Source: Sarea resinae (taxonomy: Eukaryota). From it: 64,000 nt of DNA. The DNA lies in the NCBI GenBank assembly GCA_026026165.1, contig JAPEUD010000014.1:310001-374000 (forward strand), written 5' to 3'. The translations under genes and the position numbers were made by a program. Below the pieces are notes generated by a model. The model was given only the letters and a program-made list of their open reading frames with translations. It made no database searches and was not told the DNA's origin. This document shows positions 38,241-50,610 of this stretch, piece by piece (the first letter of the stretch is position 1; every line of letters begins with the position of its first letter).

Positions 38241-39943
38241 CTACTCACCATCCTTCTCTTCCTTTGCAATTTGCGCCATCTGCTCGTTGACCTTTGCAAG
38301 GACATCCTCTGTACCGATGGACTTCGCGGCGTCTATTCGTGCAGACTCCACCTTTGCTGCATGGCCTGCTTCGTAGCCCTCAGTTACCATATCCTTCAAT
38401 CCCAAATCTTCCTCTTCCTCTTCCGTCCGGTTATAGTCTTCGACAGTAATCTGAGCATCTGGGTCGGGTGCAGTGAAACTCTGGATATAGCTCGCTGCAA
38501 GAGGATCCTGAAGGATAAGGGTGAATTTTTTCTCGACCTTGATTGCGGCGGACAGATTATCGAAGAACTCTTTCCAAGCGTCTTTCTGTGATGACGCAAT
38601 TGAGTCACGATTCTCCTCTGTGCCGTCATCTGTGTCGAAGATCTGCTTGTGCAGGTCGTCTCGTACATTCGTGAGGAGGCCTTCTACCGTGGTAAAGCGT
38701 CCTCCTAGCGTACCGGGCTGGACATCGAGCGAGAGCTCAGGGCATGACAGCGCACAGGATTCTGATTTCAAGATATCACGGCCAAGGTCCTCGGTGTTCT
38801 GTACATTTAAAGTGATACGGCGACCTTGCTCTGGAACAGCGCCGCCGGTCTTCACTTCGTTACTTCGATCTATACATTAAGTCAGCAATAACTATCCACG
38901 GTGGAATGAAGAAATACTCACACCCGCAATGCTCGCAGGCAGTGCTCATGAGGACGACTTGCTTAAAATGCGGAATTTCCACCATCTTCATGTGGGTTGC
39001 GCAATCCCTCATGCAACCAGGACAGTTGGATGGGAAAGTATAGACCTGTCCCTCCACAATGTCGGCATCCTCGAGGCCTTCACCGTCGTCTGCCTGCATT
39101 TGGGGGATCAACTGCGTTGCCTTGTATTCGGGGCGCATAGTTTCCTCCTGTGGATCTGGGTCTCCAAGAGATAAGGCAGCATTCTGTTCGGAGGTTCGTG
39201 GGTATTCTTTTTTGCTATATTTCCCATGTCTATCTTTCGGAGAAGGCTCAATCCAGGAATTTCCCGCCGGATCGTCAACGGTGATGCTGAATGGCAAGGT
39301 GGAGCCATCAATCATTGACTTCAATCTCTGAATGATTCCCTCAATTTTTTCATAGACCTCTGGTATCACTCGTTTCCGTTCTGGTTGTTGCCCCTCCAGA
39401 TCCCCAAGGACCATGGACAATAGACCTTCGACGTTTGTTAGTTGACCCCGACCTGCGGGAATTTCCAGATCAAGGTCTTCAACTCGGAACACGCAGGTAT
39501 CGCTCTTGACTATTTGTCGCTGTAAGTCGTCAGCGTGATCAAGCTTAAGAGCGTATTTGGATCCACGTTGTTGGATTTCTCCGGCAGATTGAATTTCTGA
39601 GTTGCGAAAATTGCAATGAGGGCAGTCGAAAGACATGAGGATTATTTCTTTGAAGTATGGGATTCTGGTCAAAAGCAGACGTGTCGTGCCCTGCAATGTG
39701 ATTGATATGATCAGGGTTTGCCTCCAAATAGACTCTTGCAACGGCCTGACTCACATTCTCATGGCAGTTCATGCAGAGACTCTCAATAACATCCACCACC
39801 TTCTGTTCTCCATCATCCTCGGTGTCTCCCTCTGGACCAGCAGGATCACCAAGGCGCATTCTTTCCACTTGTCTGCCGACATTCTGGAACATATTGGCCT
39901 GCTCGCCGGCCGTGCTGGTTGACTGTGCCTGAGAGGCGTCCAT
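38241..39943 (-). CDS. ZPR1: Zinc finger protein ZPR1
   Basis: IESLCMNCHEN/GTTRLLLTRIPYFKEIILMSFDCPHC, a second C4 finger CPGC...CEHCG, GTLGGRFTTVEGLL and DPLAASYIQ. Confidence 0.95.
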
Positions 39944-40667
39944 ATTGGGTGGACAAGACTGTAAGATGCAGATGCCCTGGACGGTAAGATGTGCAAGCCC
40001 GCCAATGAGTGTGCAGTCTTATATAGCGTTGTGATGGTGGCGAAGTGGTTGGAAGAAAACTTGCCGACTTAGTCGCGCGATGATGATAGTGGGGGAAATA
40101 CTGGCGATAAATTTATTTTGGCGGGGCATCAAATTATTATGATGCTGATGACGGAAGAAGCCGCCAAGGATCTGCCCGTGGAGGTACTTCATGATCGGTG
40201 CTTCCTCCGGCCAAGTGTAAGTACTGTTGTTTTCTATATCCTACATCTCAGCCTCTTTGGTAGGATCTGGGCCGTCGTTGTCAGAGTAAGGCAAGGAGTG
40301 TGGCCCTACATAGTCACTGCGGCTTATGAAAGCCAAATTCCTTCTATATGGAACTCATCGACTGCAACAAATAAGGCGCATTTGGTCCTCTTTGTAGGAG
40401 TAGGCTTAAATGTCCATTATCGGCTGCACGATCTTATCAACTCGCGGGACCTGCGATAAGATTTGATTGATCTAAGCTCGACGGTTCTAAGCGAGACGCC
40501 TGCGGGACTGGACCGCGATTTCGATGTGCATGCTACCGCGATAAATCATGGCTGCGGAACCAACAGTCAATCCTACCGAACATCCCTAAAGGATCACCAG
40601 TACAGTAAGAGAGTTTTCATGCGGTAGTTTGATGACTGTCTGAGTTCGACCTCTTTCTCCTCTGGAC

Positions 40668-42514
40668 ATGGCATCGATACACTCGGCACACGGCCTCCGC
40701 ATAGCTGTAGAAGGCTGCGTATGTTTGCATCTTTGGCTTCACCTTCATTCCTACAGATCTGACCTAGATGCTATAGGGCCACGGCACTCTCAATGCTATA
40801 TATTCCTCGATTCGAAAGTCTTGCGAGGTCAATAGTTGGAATGGTGTAGACCTCCTGATCATCGGAGGTGACTTTCAGGTAGTGCTACCATACCCCAATG
40901 TGTGGAATCAAGAGCTCATATATTCAGGCAGTTCGCAATGCATATGACCTGAATTGCATGTCGGTTCCCTTCAAATTTCGCGAGATTGGAGATTTTCACG
41001 AATACTATTCTGGTGTGCGCACTGCGCCATACCTCACCATCTTTGTTGGAGGCAACCATGAAGCCAGCAATCATCTATGGGAGCTCTACTATGGCGGCTG
41101 GGTGGCACCAAATATCTATTATCTCGGAGCTGCAAACGTAGTCCGCTTAGGGCCGCTTCGCATTGGTGGTCTCTCTGGCATATGGAAAGGATACAATTAT
41201 AACAAACCACATCACGAAAGGCTACCATACAATCAGACCAGCGTCAAAAGCATCTATCATGTCCGCGAGCTTGATGTGAGGAAATTGCTACAGATCAGAA
41301 CCCAAGTGGACGTTGGCGTAAGCCATGACTGGCCGAGAGGGATTGAGTGGGACGGGGATTGGAAAACTTTGTTCAGAAAGAAAGACTTGTTCGAAGCAGA
41401 CTCTCGGGCGGGTACGCTTGGAAGCGCCGCCGCACGATACGTTTTGGACCGCTTGAGGCCGCCCTACTGGTTCTCTGCTCATCTACACGTCAAGTTTTCC
41501 GCCATAGTGGAGCACAAAAAGGATGAAACGACTTCAAATGGCGAATTAAAGAAAGATTGTCCCATAGAAACAGCAAGGACTGTCTCAAATACGGATGAAA
41601 TCAACCTGGAAGATGACGGCGAACATACCGAATCAGCATTGGCTCCTGGTCCTGCGGTTCCTATTCGCAATGAGGAAGAGATCGAGATAGATTTGGATGA
41701 CGAGGAGAGTAACGATGGTCAAGTGGGATCAACCAAGCATGAGGATGACCCAAAATCGGAGAATACTCCACCAGTCTCCAACCCAGCTACTAGACTCCCT
41801 GACACCCCAGCCGTGGCTCAGGAGCTCCGCGACCAATTACCAGCTTCTTTCACCCGCGCACCGCCTCCTATACCGCAGAGACTCCCTCCACCTGCAGATA
41901 TTACAAACAAGACGACGCGATTTCTCGCTCTTGACAAGTGCCTTCCAAACCGCAAGTTTCTCCAGATCCTCGACGTCGAGCCTGCTACCCATCCGGCGAG
42001 CTCAGAGCAAACTATATCAGACACAAAGCCATATCGGCTAGAATACGACAAAGAATGGCTTGCTATCACGCGAGTATTTGCAGACGAGCTCTGCCTCGGC
42101 GATGATAGCGCAATGGTTCCTCGAGACCGAGGCGAGGCGTTCTATCGCCCTTTGATCGAGCGGGAAGAGGCCTGGATAGAGGAAAACGTGGTCCAGCAAG
42201 GCAAGATGACCATACCGGACGATTTCGAACTGACGGCTCCCGTATATGACGCTGCGGCGGGACTAAGGGCTATGGAAAGCCCCGTCGAGTATACCAATCC
42301 ACAGACGGCCAGATTCTGCGACCTCGTGGGGATCGAGAACCGTTTCCATGCTACGGATGAAGAGAGGGAGAGGCGCATGCGGGCTGGGCCGAAACCCGAT
42401 CAGCCGCGTAGCGGGGGCGGCGGCAGAGGACGAGGCGGCGGGTTCGGTCACGGGAGAGGGCGGGGAGGATTCCGAGGTGGCAGAGGAAGAGGAAGGGGCA
42501 GAGGCAGAGGCTGA
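40668..42514 (+). CDS. DBR1: RNA lariat debranching enzyme
   Basis: RIAVEGC/GHG, LLIIGGDFQ/AVRN, FVGGNHEASN, SHDWP, YWFSAHLH, TRFLALDKCLP, LEYDKEWLAI and an RGG tail. Confidence 0.95.
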
Positions 42515-45500
42515 AGGCATTCGTCGGATGGATAACGATCCATATTCCGACCACCGCCCCGCCCGTCTTCCAGCTTTGAGACGTCCCATGGCCAGATGAT
42601 GTCAACAGTAGAATCCACGCCGCCCCCAGCTCATCTCTCTAGTTGGACCCTGCTTGCAACGTGGACTGGTAGAAGGCGCAGGCAACCGGACTATCCGGTC
42701 CGGATCCGTACCGCATGGGGCACACGCGCACGCACACGCATACGCACACAACAGCCAGGCCTTCAAATCGCAACCGCACGAGATTCCCAGATGATCCCCC
42801 GCTTCCGATTCCACATGTATGTCTCTTGCGCTGCCGTAGCATCACGTAGGTAGATAGAACACCACGTTCTAGAATCCCCGGACAACTTCCGTGTCCGCTT
42901 CTCCGAAATGCACAGCTTCATCTCCAATATCCCGTAAATCCAAATCCATGAAATCCATTGTCGCTCTCTGCCCTGCCTGAAGTAGGTAGGTACCTAGCTA
43001 GGTAGGCACGTAGGAAATAGGCGTATTCGCAATCCATCCCATCCACCTGAAGTAGGTAGGCAGGTAATGTAGGTACCGTACCGCTCCCATACATCCAGAC
43101 CATCTACATCGACTGCTTTGTTTACCTGCATTACCTACGCTGGGAGGGAGTGGAAGAGGTATCACATACATCAATCCATGGATAAATCCATACATTCTAG
43201 AGCACTCAAGACTCCCAGCCACCCCAGCTATTTAGATAGCCAGGGAAAGGCTCACACGTCTTCCCAACGGTCCTTTCTTCTACGGCTTTGATTGATTCAC
43301 TAGGTAGGTACGATGTACGAAGGACGAATTTCTGAGACGGCACGAAGAATATCGAAGATGATGCATGTATTCTAGAGTCTTCGGAGGTAAGAGGTAAGAG
43401 GTATGATGACGTTGAATGGATGGATAGTCTTTGAAACCATCCGGGGCAAAACACAAGATGATACGAGATGGTGACTTCGTACATTACATGCGGTTGGTTG
43501 GTTGGTTGGATTGGCATTTGAACACAGCCATGATTCCCTCCGTGGATGGACGCGCGGTTCGCACATCATCAAATACATACGCAAGATCGGGCACACAGGT
43601 ACGGCGAGCTCTGGGCAAGCAGCATAAGTCACAGGCACCGGGGCAGGCTCCGTTTCGCGCCCTGCCGTGCCGTGTCCTTCACTGTCTTCCATCCAAGGCT
43701 CTCTCTCCTACTGTGTACCTATTGTCCTGGCTTGGCGCGCGCGTGCGTACGTGCGTAATGCTGTCGACGACGGTACATGGGGGAATCCCCATTCATCATG
43801 CACCTTTCCAGACATCGGTCGCTGCCTACTGCGCGGAGTACTCTGATGGAGTGGATGATGAGAATGATGAGAATGATGAGGATGCGAGAATGCGACTCGC
43901 GAGGCTGCCCATGTGCACCTCGTGCTTCAGCGTCGTCGATCATACAGGAACTATGTAGGTACCTAGGCGGACATCCGGGCCAAAGGGTCTCGGAGTTCAA
44001 GTCACTGTATCACGATGCCCATGCCATGGTCTCTCTGTCTGGCATTCCACCTCGCGTTCGGCATGTAAGCGCTTCATCGGCATGTTTGGTGGTAGTGAGT
44101 GGCATGACGGGGGGCAGCAAGGAAGAACACACTGGGCAGGTACCGAGGATGGGGAAAAGAACTCGGACATCACGCGCACCGCACAACGATGAGCTTTTCT
44201 TCGCGACATCAATTTCGAGGGGTTCATTTCCGGATCGTCAGCATCGTCTTTCGACTCTTCGATAGTCCTCAAGCGGTGAAAGCATGCAGAGGTTCTACCA
44301 TCAGAGGGTGAAATCTCTTCCTTGTCTGCCATGGATGGCCCTGAAAGAGATGGATGAACATTGTGAATCGAGACTGGAGAGGCTGATCTGCGATTTGCGA
44401 GGACCGGAGGACGGTGCTCGATCCAGCATGCCCATCATAAGGTATCTGGACTACCTTACCATGGTATCCATGCATGTGCTTCGGGACCGGAGCACTGTCA
44501 GGACCTCTGCCTCGGGAGAAGCGGTCGCGGTCTCCGTCCGAATCGAGTCAACACTATTCCACAAGGACGCCGCGGAGGAGGCACTGGAGGGAGTCGGAGT
44601 GCTCCTACGAGGCAAGTCTACTGTGCAATACTCTACTCATAGTACGAGTAGTACTCGGCGTAGGTCATTTCCCAACGGGCAGAAGAGCCCTGAGCGATCT
44701 CCAGTAGTGTTCCGCTAGGACGACGCCGTCGTCGTCCGAGCCACGTATGGGTACTCAGTACGCCCACTTGGGAGGGACGTTGCCTACTGAGTAGGTATGT
44801 AGTACCTAGGCTTGCTGGATGAAAAGTCTGTCTTGCGCGCACACACGGACACACAACGACCATGGATGGGCGAGAGCACATGCAGCTGTCATGCTCCCGC
44901 CGCTGGGCCTTTGGAACGGAGTGCCACTATGTAGGGCATCGAGTATTCGTACTTCATACTACCTACGCAGTGGTCGGGTGGCTTGGGTGAGATGCGAAGA
45001 CGCCCCGACCTCGGGTCTGGCTGCTGTGTCGGGCCAGTCCGTCTGTCTGTCTGTCTGGCTGGGGAGGAGCAATGATGCGCGGCTCGCACTCGCACTCGCA
45101 ACCGTACACGCACTTCTCATCCGCAAGCCGTTCTGCCGTCCACGGGTGGCATACTCTGCTACCTGCCAAGCTTGCATGCGGTTCTGTGGATTGGATGGAT
45201 CCAATGTAATCATCATTTGCTCATCCATCTGCTTCGGCGGCTACTACGACAGCTACGACTAGCTACTACTTAAACCAGAGCTGACCCTGCCCTCCCCACA
45301 TACACGCTAACTGACCATTCGAGCTCCACCGGGACTATTGGTTTCATCGACTATACAGCACTGTACCCGCCGCAGAGAGAAAGACTTTGCCAACGAATAA
45401 TTTATCTCCTGTTCCGTTATTGACAGTCTCTTTTCCTACATGAACAGTCTTATAACCCCCCCGCCCCTAGACATTCCTATCACTCCTCCTTTTGCAGCTA

Positions 45501-45618
45501 CCACCTAAACCAGCTTACAATTTACCTCTCTCCCATCAACATCACCAAGAAGTGAGCCTCGAAAGCTAATTCACTTCCAACAACCTCTCAACTCTCACAC
45601 CTCCCCATCACCGTACCG

Positions 45619-45855
45619 ATGACGGCCTCCAAGTTCACCGAAGTCCTTGACGCTCTCCCACAACCCTGTCTCTCCCCGTCAGACGTCCGCCTCGAAGACA
45701 TCCTGGCGGCCGAGGTGACGCTCCAACGGCCCTCGACCGAAGGCAGCGGTAGCAGTTCCAGTGGCAGCGAGAAGGGAAATGTCACGACGCTCAAACATTC
45801 CGGAACGATCAAGAAGCTGAGACGGTTGACCATGGGCAAGAAAGAGCTGCTCTGA
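45619..45855 (+). CDS. Small hypothetical protein (78 aa)
   Basis: Intronless ORF with C-ending codon bias, preceded by a C/A-rich, G-poor leader typical of fungal 5' UTRs. No recognisable domain. Confidence 0.55.
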   Translation: MTASKFTEVLDALPQPCLSPSDVRLEDILAAEVTLQRPSTEGSGSSSSGSEKGNVTTLKHSGTIKKLRRLTMGKKELL

Positions 45856-47856
45856 TTTCTCTCCGTGAGCGGATGAGAGACAGATATGCTAGACACATTG
45901 GATATGGCACGTCACTTTTAGGTCATTATTCAGGCAGGGAATTGGCCGATGCGGTACTACGTCCTGCTCGCGGCGGACGGCAGCGTCATGGAAAGGGAAA
46001 CCCTACGGTGCAAAAGACACTTCGATATGAGGGCGTGACTACGATGCCCTCTTGGCTCCAAGCTGTCGACTTCGGCACACTACCCCGAGAAGTATCGAAT
46101 CCACAAGATGGCCAAGTGCTCCCCTGACAATCCCCGCTATCGAGCGGCTCGTCCAGCTCGCCAACGCCGGCCAGGTCAAGCTAGACAATGAAACCAGCAC
46201 AGGCGCGAATACGAGGACGACGAAGCTTCAGAGTCCATGATGATCCCATTCGCTCTCTGGCGCGTAAGTCAGGGTGGTAGTGGAAATGGAAGGCAGAGTG
46301 CATCTCCGCCGATTGAGGGAGACGAAATCTACGAGGGACGTCTAGATCGAGAGCAATTGGCCGATCTGGGCGTGAGGAGGTTGAGGACGAAAGGTCGCAC
46401 ACTTGGACGCGATGTGGATAATTCGGTATCTGGGATTTACTGTGTCTATTCTATGCGTGCGATATGCTACTTCCAGCTGTCAACGGGACTAGACTCATAC
46501 CAGTCATCCAAAGGAAAAAAGGTCCCATACTGTCTACTCCTACTTACTCCTTATGCCTTTGATGAAAGTGAAGTGCCTATCTGTCATGGCAGCCAAGCAC
46601 AAACTCAGCCCAGAGAGCATGATTTGTAAAATCAATACATTGAAATGATACAAGCAGCCAATGATCACCGGGACAAGTGTGAACAACCACATTGCCGCGG
46701 AGTGCTGCGTAGATGATCCATTCATCCAGAGGGCCCAGGCCCAAACCATCGTCCGGGCCCCGCCCCCTGCCATATGGATGGAAAATATTGATGACTAGGT
46801 ATAATAGGTACACAGGGATCGCAAATGAACATCCAATTCATACCTACGTGACATGTCCGAGCTTCAAAGCACCTCGCTCCCTCACTCTTTCACCCTGGGA
46901 TCTCGGAAAACTGAAATCTAGAACTGAGAGTCAAATGAAACCAAATGCCTGAAGTCTCCCCACAACCCTGGGCAGATAGATCCAAGACCACAACCCACAC
47001 ACAAGCCATATTTCTCTGTCACGCGCGCTCCGCCGCATGGGTCAATACCAGTGATTGAGGTAACGACTGAATGACGGACTGACTGCCTGAGTGGGAGGCC
47101 AGGCGGGACGGGGCGCTCGAATTCCGCGCCACCGCACCGCACCGCATTGTATACCACACCGCATTGTGCGGTACGGCACCGCCGCAACCGCTACACCCGC
47201 CACCGCACGTGTGGGCATCTGGTCACAGCCCTCTCGAGGCCTGGATCGCCATGATCCCATACCGTATGGATGGTGTTTGGCTTTCCGTCCCCAGTGCTGC
47301 TCGACATTACCTCTACTTTCCTTTTGTTCTTGCATGTCGCGACGGTGCGTGGAGCATGGTGTAATAGACGTCTCCACGAAGCGGCCCGGCTCGGCTCTTG
47401 CTTGTGCCGCGGTGGTGTCTTGTATAGAGCTTTGTTCACATTCTCTGGCAGTGGTCGGAAGCCCCTATCCTGTGGCGGTAGGAACTAGAGATATGATCTT
47501 GTCGGCCGCTGTACCATGGCTTTCCCGCATCTCAGAGCTAAGTGAGCTAATAATTCACTTCATAAGAAGAATCACTTTCACTGGATTACTATAATGGTAC
47601 TCGTCGATCTCTGTCTGAGATTGCCCTGCGCTGCCGTAGGGAATACTAGAATTGATACGGTAGATTCGATGGAAATTTGAATCAAAGCAGAGCGAACCAG
47701 GAGGGAAGCTGTTATGAAATTTCCAGATGCGAATGAAAATGCAAATCGCGCGCGATGTACACACTGCAGCACACAAAACACTGACCCACCTCATCTCTCT
47801 CTCCTTTTGTCTGAAAAAACATAATGCTCTTAAGCGGCCCCCTTTAATTATATGCC

Positions 47857-48014
47857 GGGAGGATGGCCGAGTGGTTAAGGCGCTGTGTTTAGGACATCCC
47901 CGAAAGAGATTAAGATACCTTTCCCACGTTTCGTGTGGGGAGGTGGAGTTATAATTCGGGTGATTAGAAAATCCGCAGTGGGAAACCGCGCGAGTTCGAA
48001 CCTCGCTCCTCTCA
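47857..48014 (+). tRNA. tRNA-Leu(UAG) with a 79-nt intron (47894-47972)
   Basis: Acceptor stem GGGAGGA/TCCTCTC plus discriminator A, A-box TGGCCGAGTGG, anticodon stem CTGTG/CGCAG with loop TT-TAG-G, long variable arm and T-loop GTTCGAAC. Confidence 0.93.
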
Positions 48015-48017
48015 ATA

Positions 48018-48064
48018 TTTGTTTTTGGTTTTTTGGTTTTTTGGTTTTTTGGTTTTTTAGTTTT
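48018..48064 (+). terminator. RNA polymerase III oligo-T terminator tract
   Basis: Repeated T5-T6 runs (ttttttgg units) directly after the tRNA 3' end. Confidence 0.7.
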
Positions 48065-48631
48065 CTCTATACTACGGATAGGTGGAATCATATTATTACG
48101 GCGGTGATAAGAAGACAGGGAGAGAGCGTAGTAGGCCATTCTCGTGGAAAGAAAGGAAGACAAGGACCGGGATTGTTGTGGTCACGACCAGTTCAGCGAA
48201 AATGGAGGGGCACTTCTGGCGACGACGGACTGGACCGTGGCCGCGACGCGACAGATCGATTATGCTAGGTCGACAGACAGCGCTGAGCCCCCGCTTCGAA
48301 GATTCATTCGGACTTTTAACATCTCTTTACCTTCGTTCATCCTTGCCTGACGAAAGAGGCACTATTTTCGCAAATTCTCAGTCACTCAATTACGATAATC
48401 CGTCTACTCCTACGCGCGGACCAGACTCGTCCAACCTTGGCCCCACCACACCACACCACACCACAACACAACACAACACAACACAACACAACACACATAA
48501 AACACACACAGAACACACAACACAACAGCGCCTTGCGCCCGGCTCTCCCTCTCTCGACCTCACGCTCGAGCCTCTACATCAACAACAACAACAACAACAA
48601 CGACAACTCCGATAACAAGACACCTTATCCA

Positions 48632-49736
48632 ATGTCATCGTGGGCGCCGCTGGCGTCTAACGGCCACAGCCACGGCCACGGACGCACCAATTCCGCCTCC
48701 GGGGGTCTGAACAACAATGCCAGCAGTGGTGGTGCCGGTGTGGCAGGGGTAGGAGCAGGAGCAGGTGGACTAGGGGGGCCATCCCTGTTCGAACAACAGC
48801 GCTCGGAGCTGATGGGGGAGATTGGCGAGGTGAGTCGTTTTTCTCTGGTTTTATTTTCGGACGTTTTTTTGGGGGGGGGGTGGGGATTTTGCTTGAGTCG
48901 CACTTGGGGCGGGCGTATCTTCGTTAGGATGGGCTAGGATCAGAGGGAGGGAGGAGGTTTGGCTGGCTGCTGTGGCATGGCGAGGGGAGATGGGAGACAA
49001 CACAAGACAACACAACACCGACAAGATGGACCCTGAGAAAAATAGACAAGGAGAACGAGAACGAGAACGAAGAAGAGAACGCTAACATCTGATATCCGGT
49101 CGCCTGAAACCAGAGTCTCGAGCTCGTGCTGCAGAACGTGAATAAGCTCAACCGAAGCCTCGAGGGCATCATCGCTGTATGTCTTTCTTCTCTACTTTCT
49201 CCCCGTCTTGTTTCTTTCTATACATTCATTCCCATCTCTCGATGCCCCAATACCGCCCAGCTCCTGTAGGCTGTCTCCATCTCTTCACTTCTTCTCCCCT
49301 CCCTTCACCCCTTTCTTCTCCCCTTTCTTCTCCCTATATCTTTCCTCCCTCCCTCAATCCATCTCCTCGCCCTCCACCCCTTTACAACACCACCCAAAAC
49401 CTCCACTTCCCCTTCTCCCTCCCCTCCCCTCCCCTCCCTTTTCCGCTAGACCGCCCACCGTTTCTAACAAGCCAAAAGGTCGGCAACGAATTCTCCTCCG
49501 TCGAAGCCCTGTGGTCGCAATTCGAGAACGTCATGGCCAAGGACCCGGACGCGCGAGCCGCCGGAGACGGCGACGACGGTGACGATGACGATGACGACAA
49601 CGACAACGACGACGACAACGACGACGAAGAGGGCGGCGAGGGCGGTCGGCACGCTCGGGCCACCGACGGAGATGGCGAGAGAGGGGCAGAGGGAGGGGGC
49701 GAGGGCGAGGCTGGTTCGACTGCCAGACGGTCGTAA
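48632..49736 (+). CDS. DAD1: DASH/Dam1 complex subunit Dad1
   Basis: Spliced [54 protein letters not shown], followed by an acidic tail. Confidence 0.92.
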
Positions 49737-50610
49737 GGGCCGTATTGTTGGATGGGACGGCGATGGGGATGGGGAATGGGGAAAGGTGTAGGAGGTGGAC
49801 GGTACCGGGAGGCGGACGGGACCTGACTGAGAGAAGTTGGCTGGGGGTTTCGCCGCGGGGGGTGTGGGGTGCGGGGCGTTTTGAGTATGTTTGTCTGTTT
49901 GTCTGTTTGTCTGCTTGTCTGTTTGTATGCATGGATGGGACGGTCAGTGTAGATGGATTCATATTTCTTGAGCGTTATCATCAATGGCACAAGGATACCA
50001 GACGGTTTTGTGTATGTGTATGGGTATATGTGTACATATCAATCACAGCGTTTACAACACACACTACGACGATGCTTCATGGGCACCGAGTTCGAGGATG
50101 AGATAGAGAGAGACAGATGTATGTATATGTGAACTGGATTCATTTCATCTTTGGGTCTCTTCGCTCACCCGCTCACTCGCCCTGGATACGGGTGAAAGAA
50201 GAAAGAAAAGAAAAAATAAGAGATGCGGCGTATCCAGACCGAATGCCTGATTAGTACCAATGGATGATGATTGAAGAAAAGACAGCCGGGCCACCCTGGC
50301 CAAAGAAAAAAAACGCCGCGATGCATGTACGTCCCGCTCCTGAGAACCTGCTCATGCAAATGAAAGAGGAACAAATGAGAAAGAGAAGAAAGGAAGAAGA
50401 TGCTCCTGGAGACGAGTCGGTCGGTCGGCATTCCCACTTTTTAACCAACCGAGACGTCAACCCAGCCCTGTCCTGCTCTGCCCTGCCCTGCCATGTACGT
50501 AGGCATCATGATCATTACGTAGAAGCGGGCACATCCAAAGCCCGCCGTGCCATTCAGTCATCAGAAGCTCAGCCATCAGCACGATCCAAGGAAAAGAAAA
50601 AGCGCGCCAT

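Noticed and set aside
43200..45300. Many 70-175 aa ORFs on both strands
   Set aside because: No domain motifs, codon bias or consistent splice structure; treated as non-coding.
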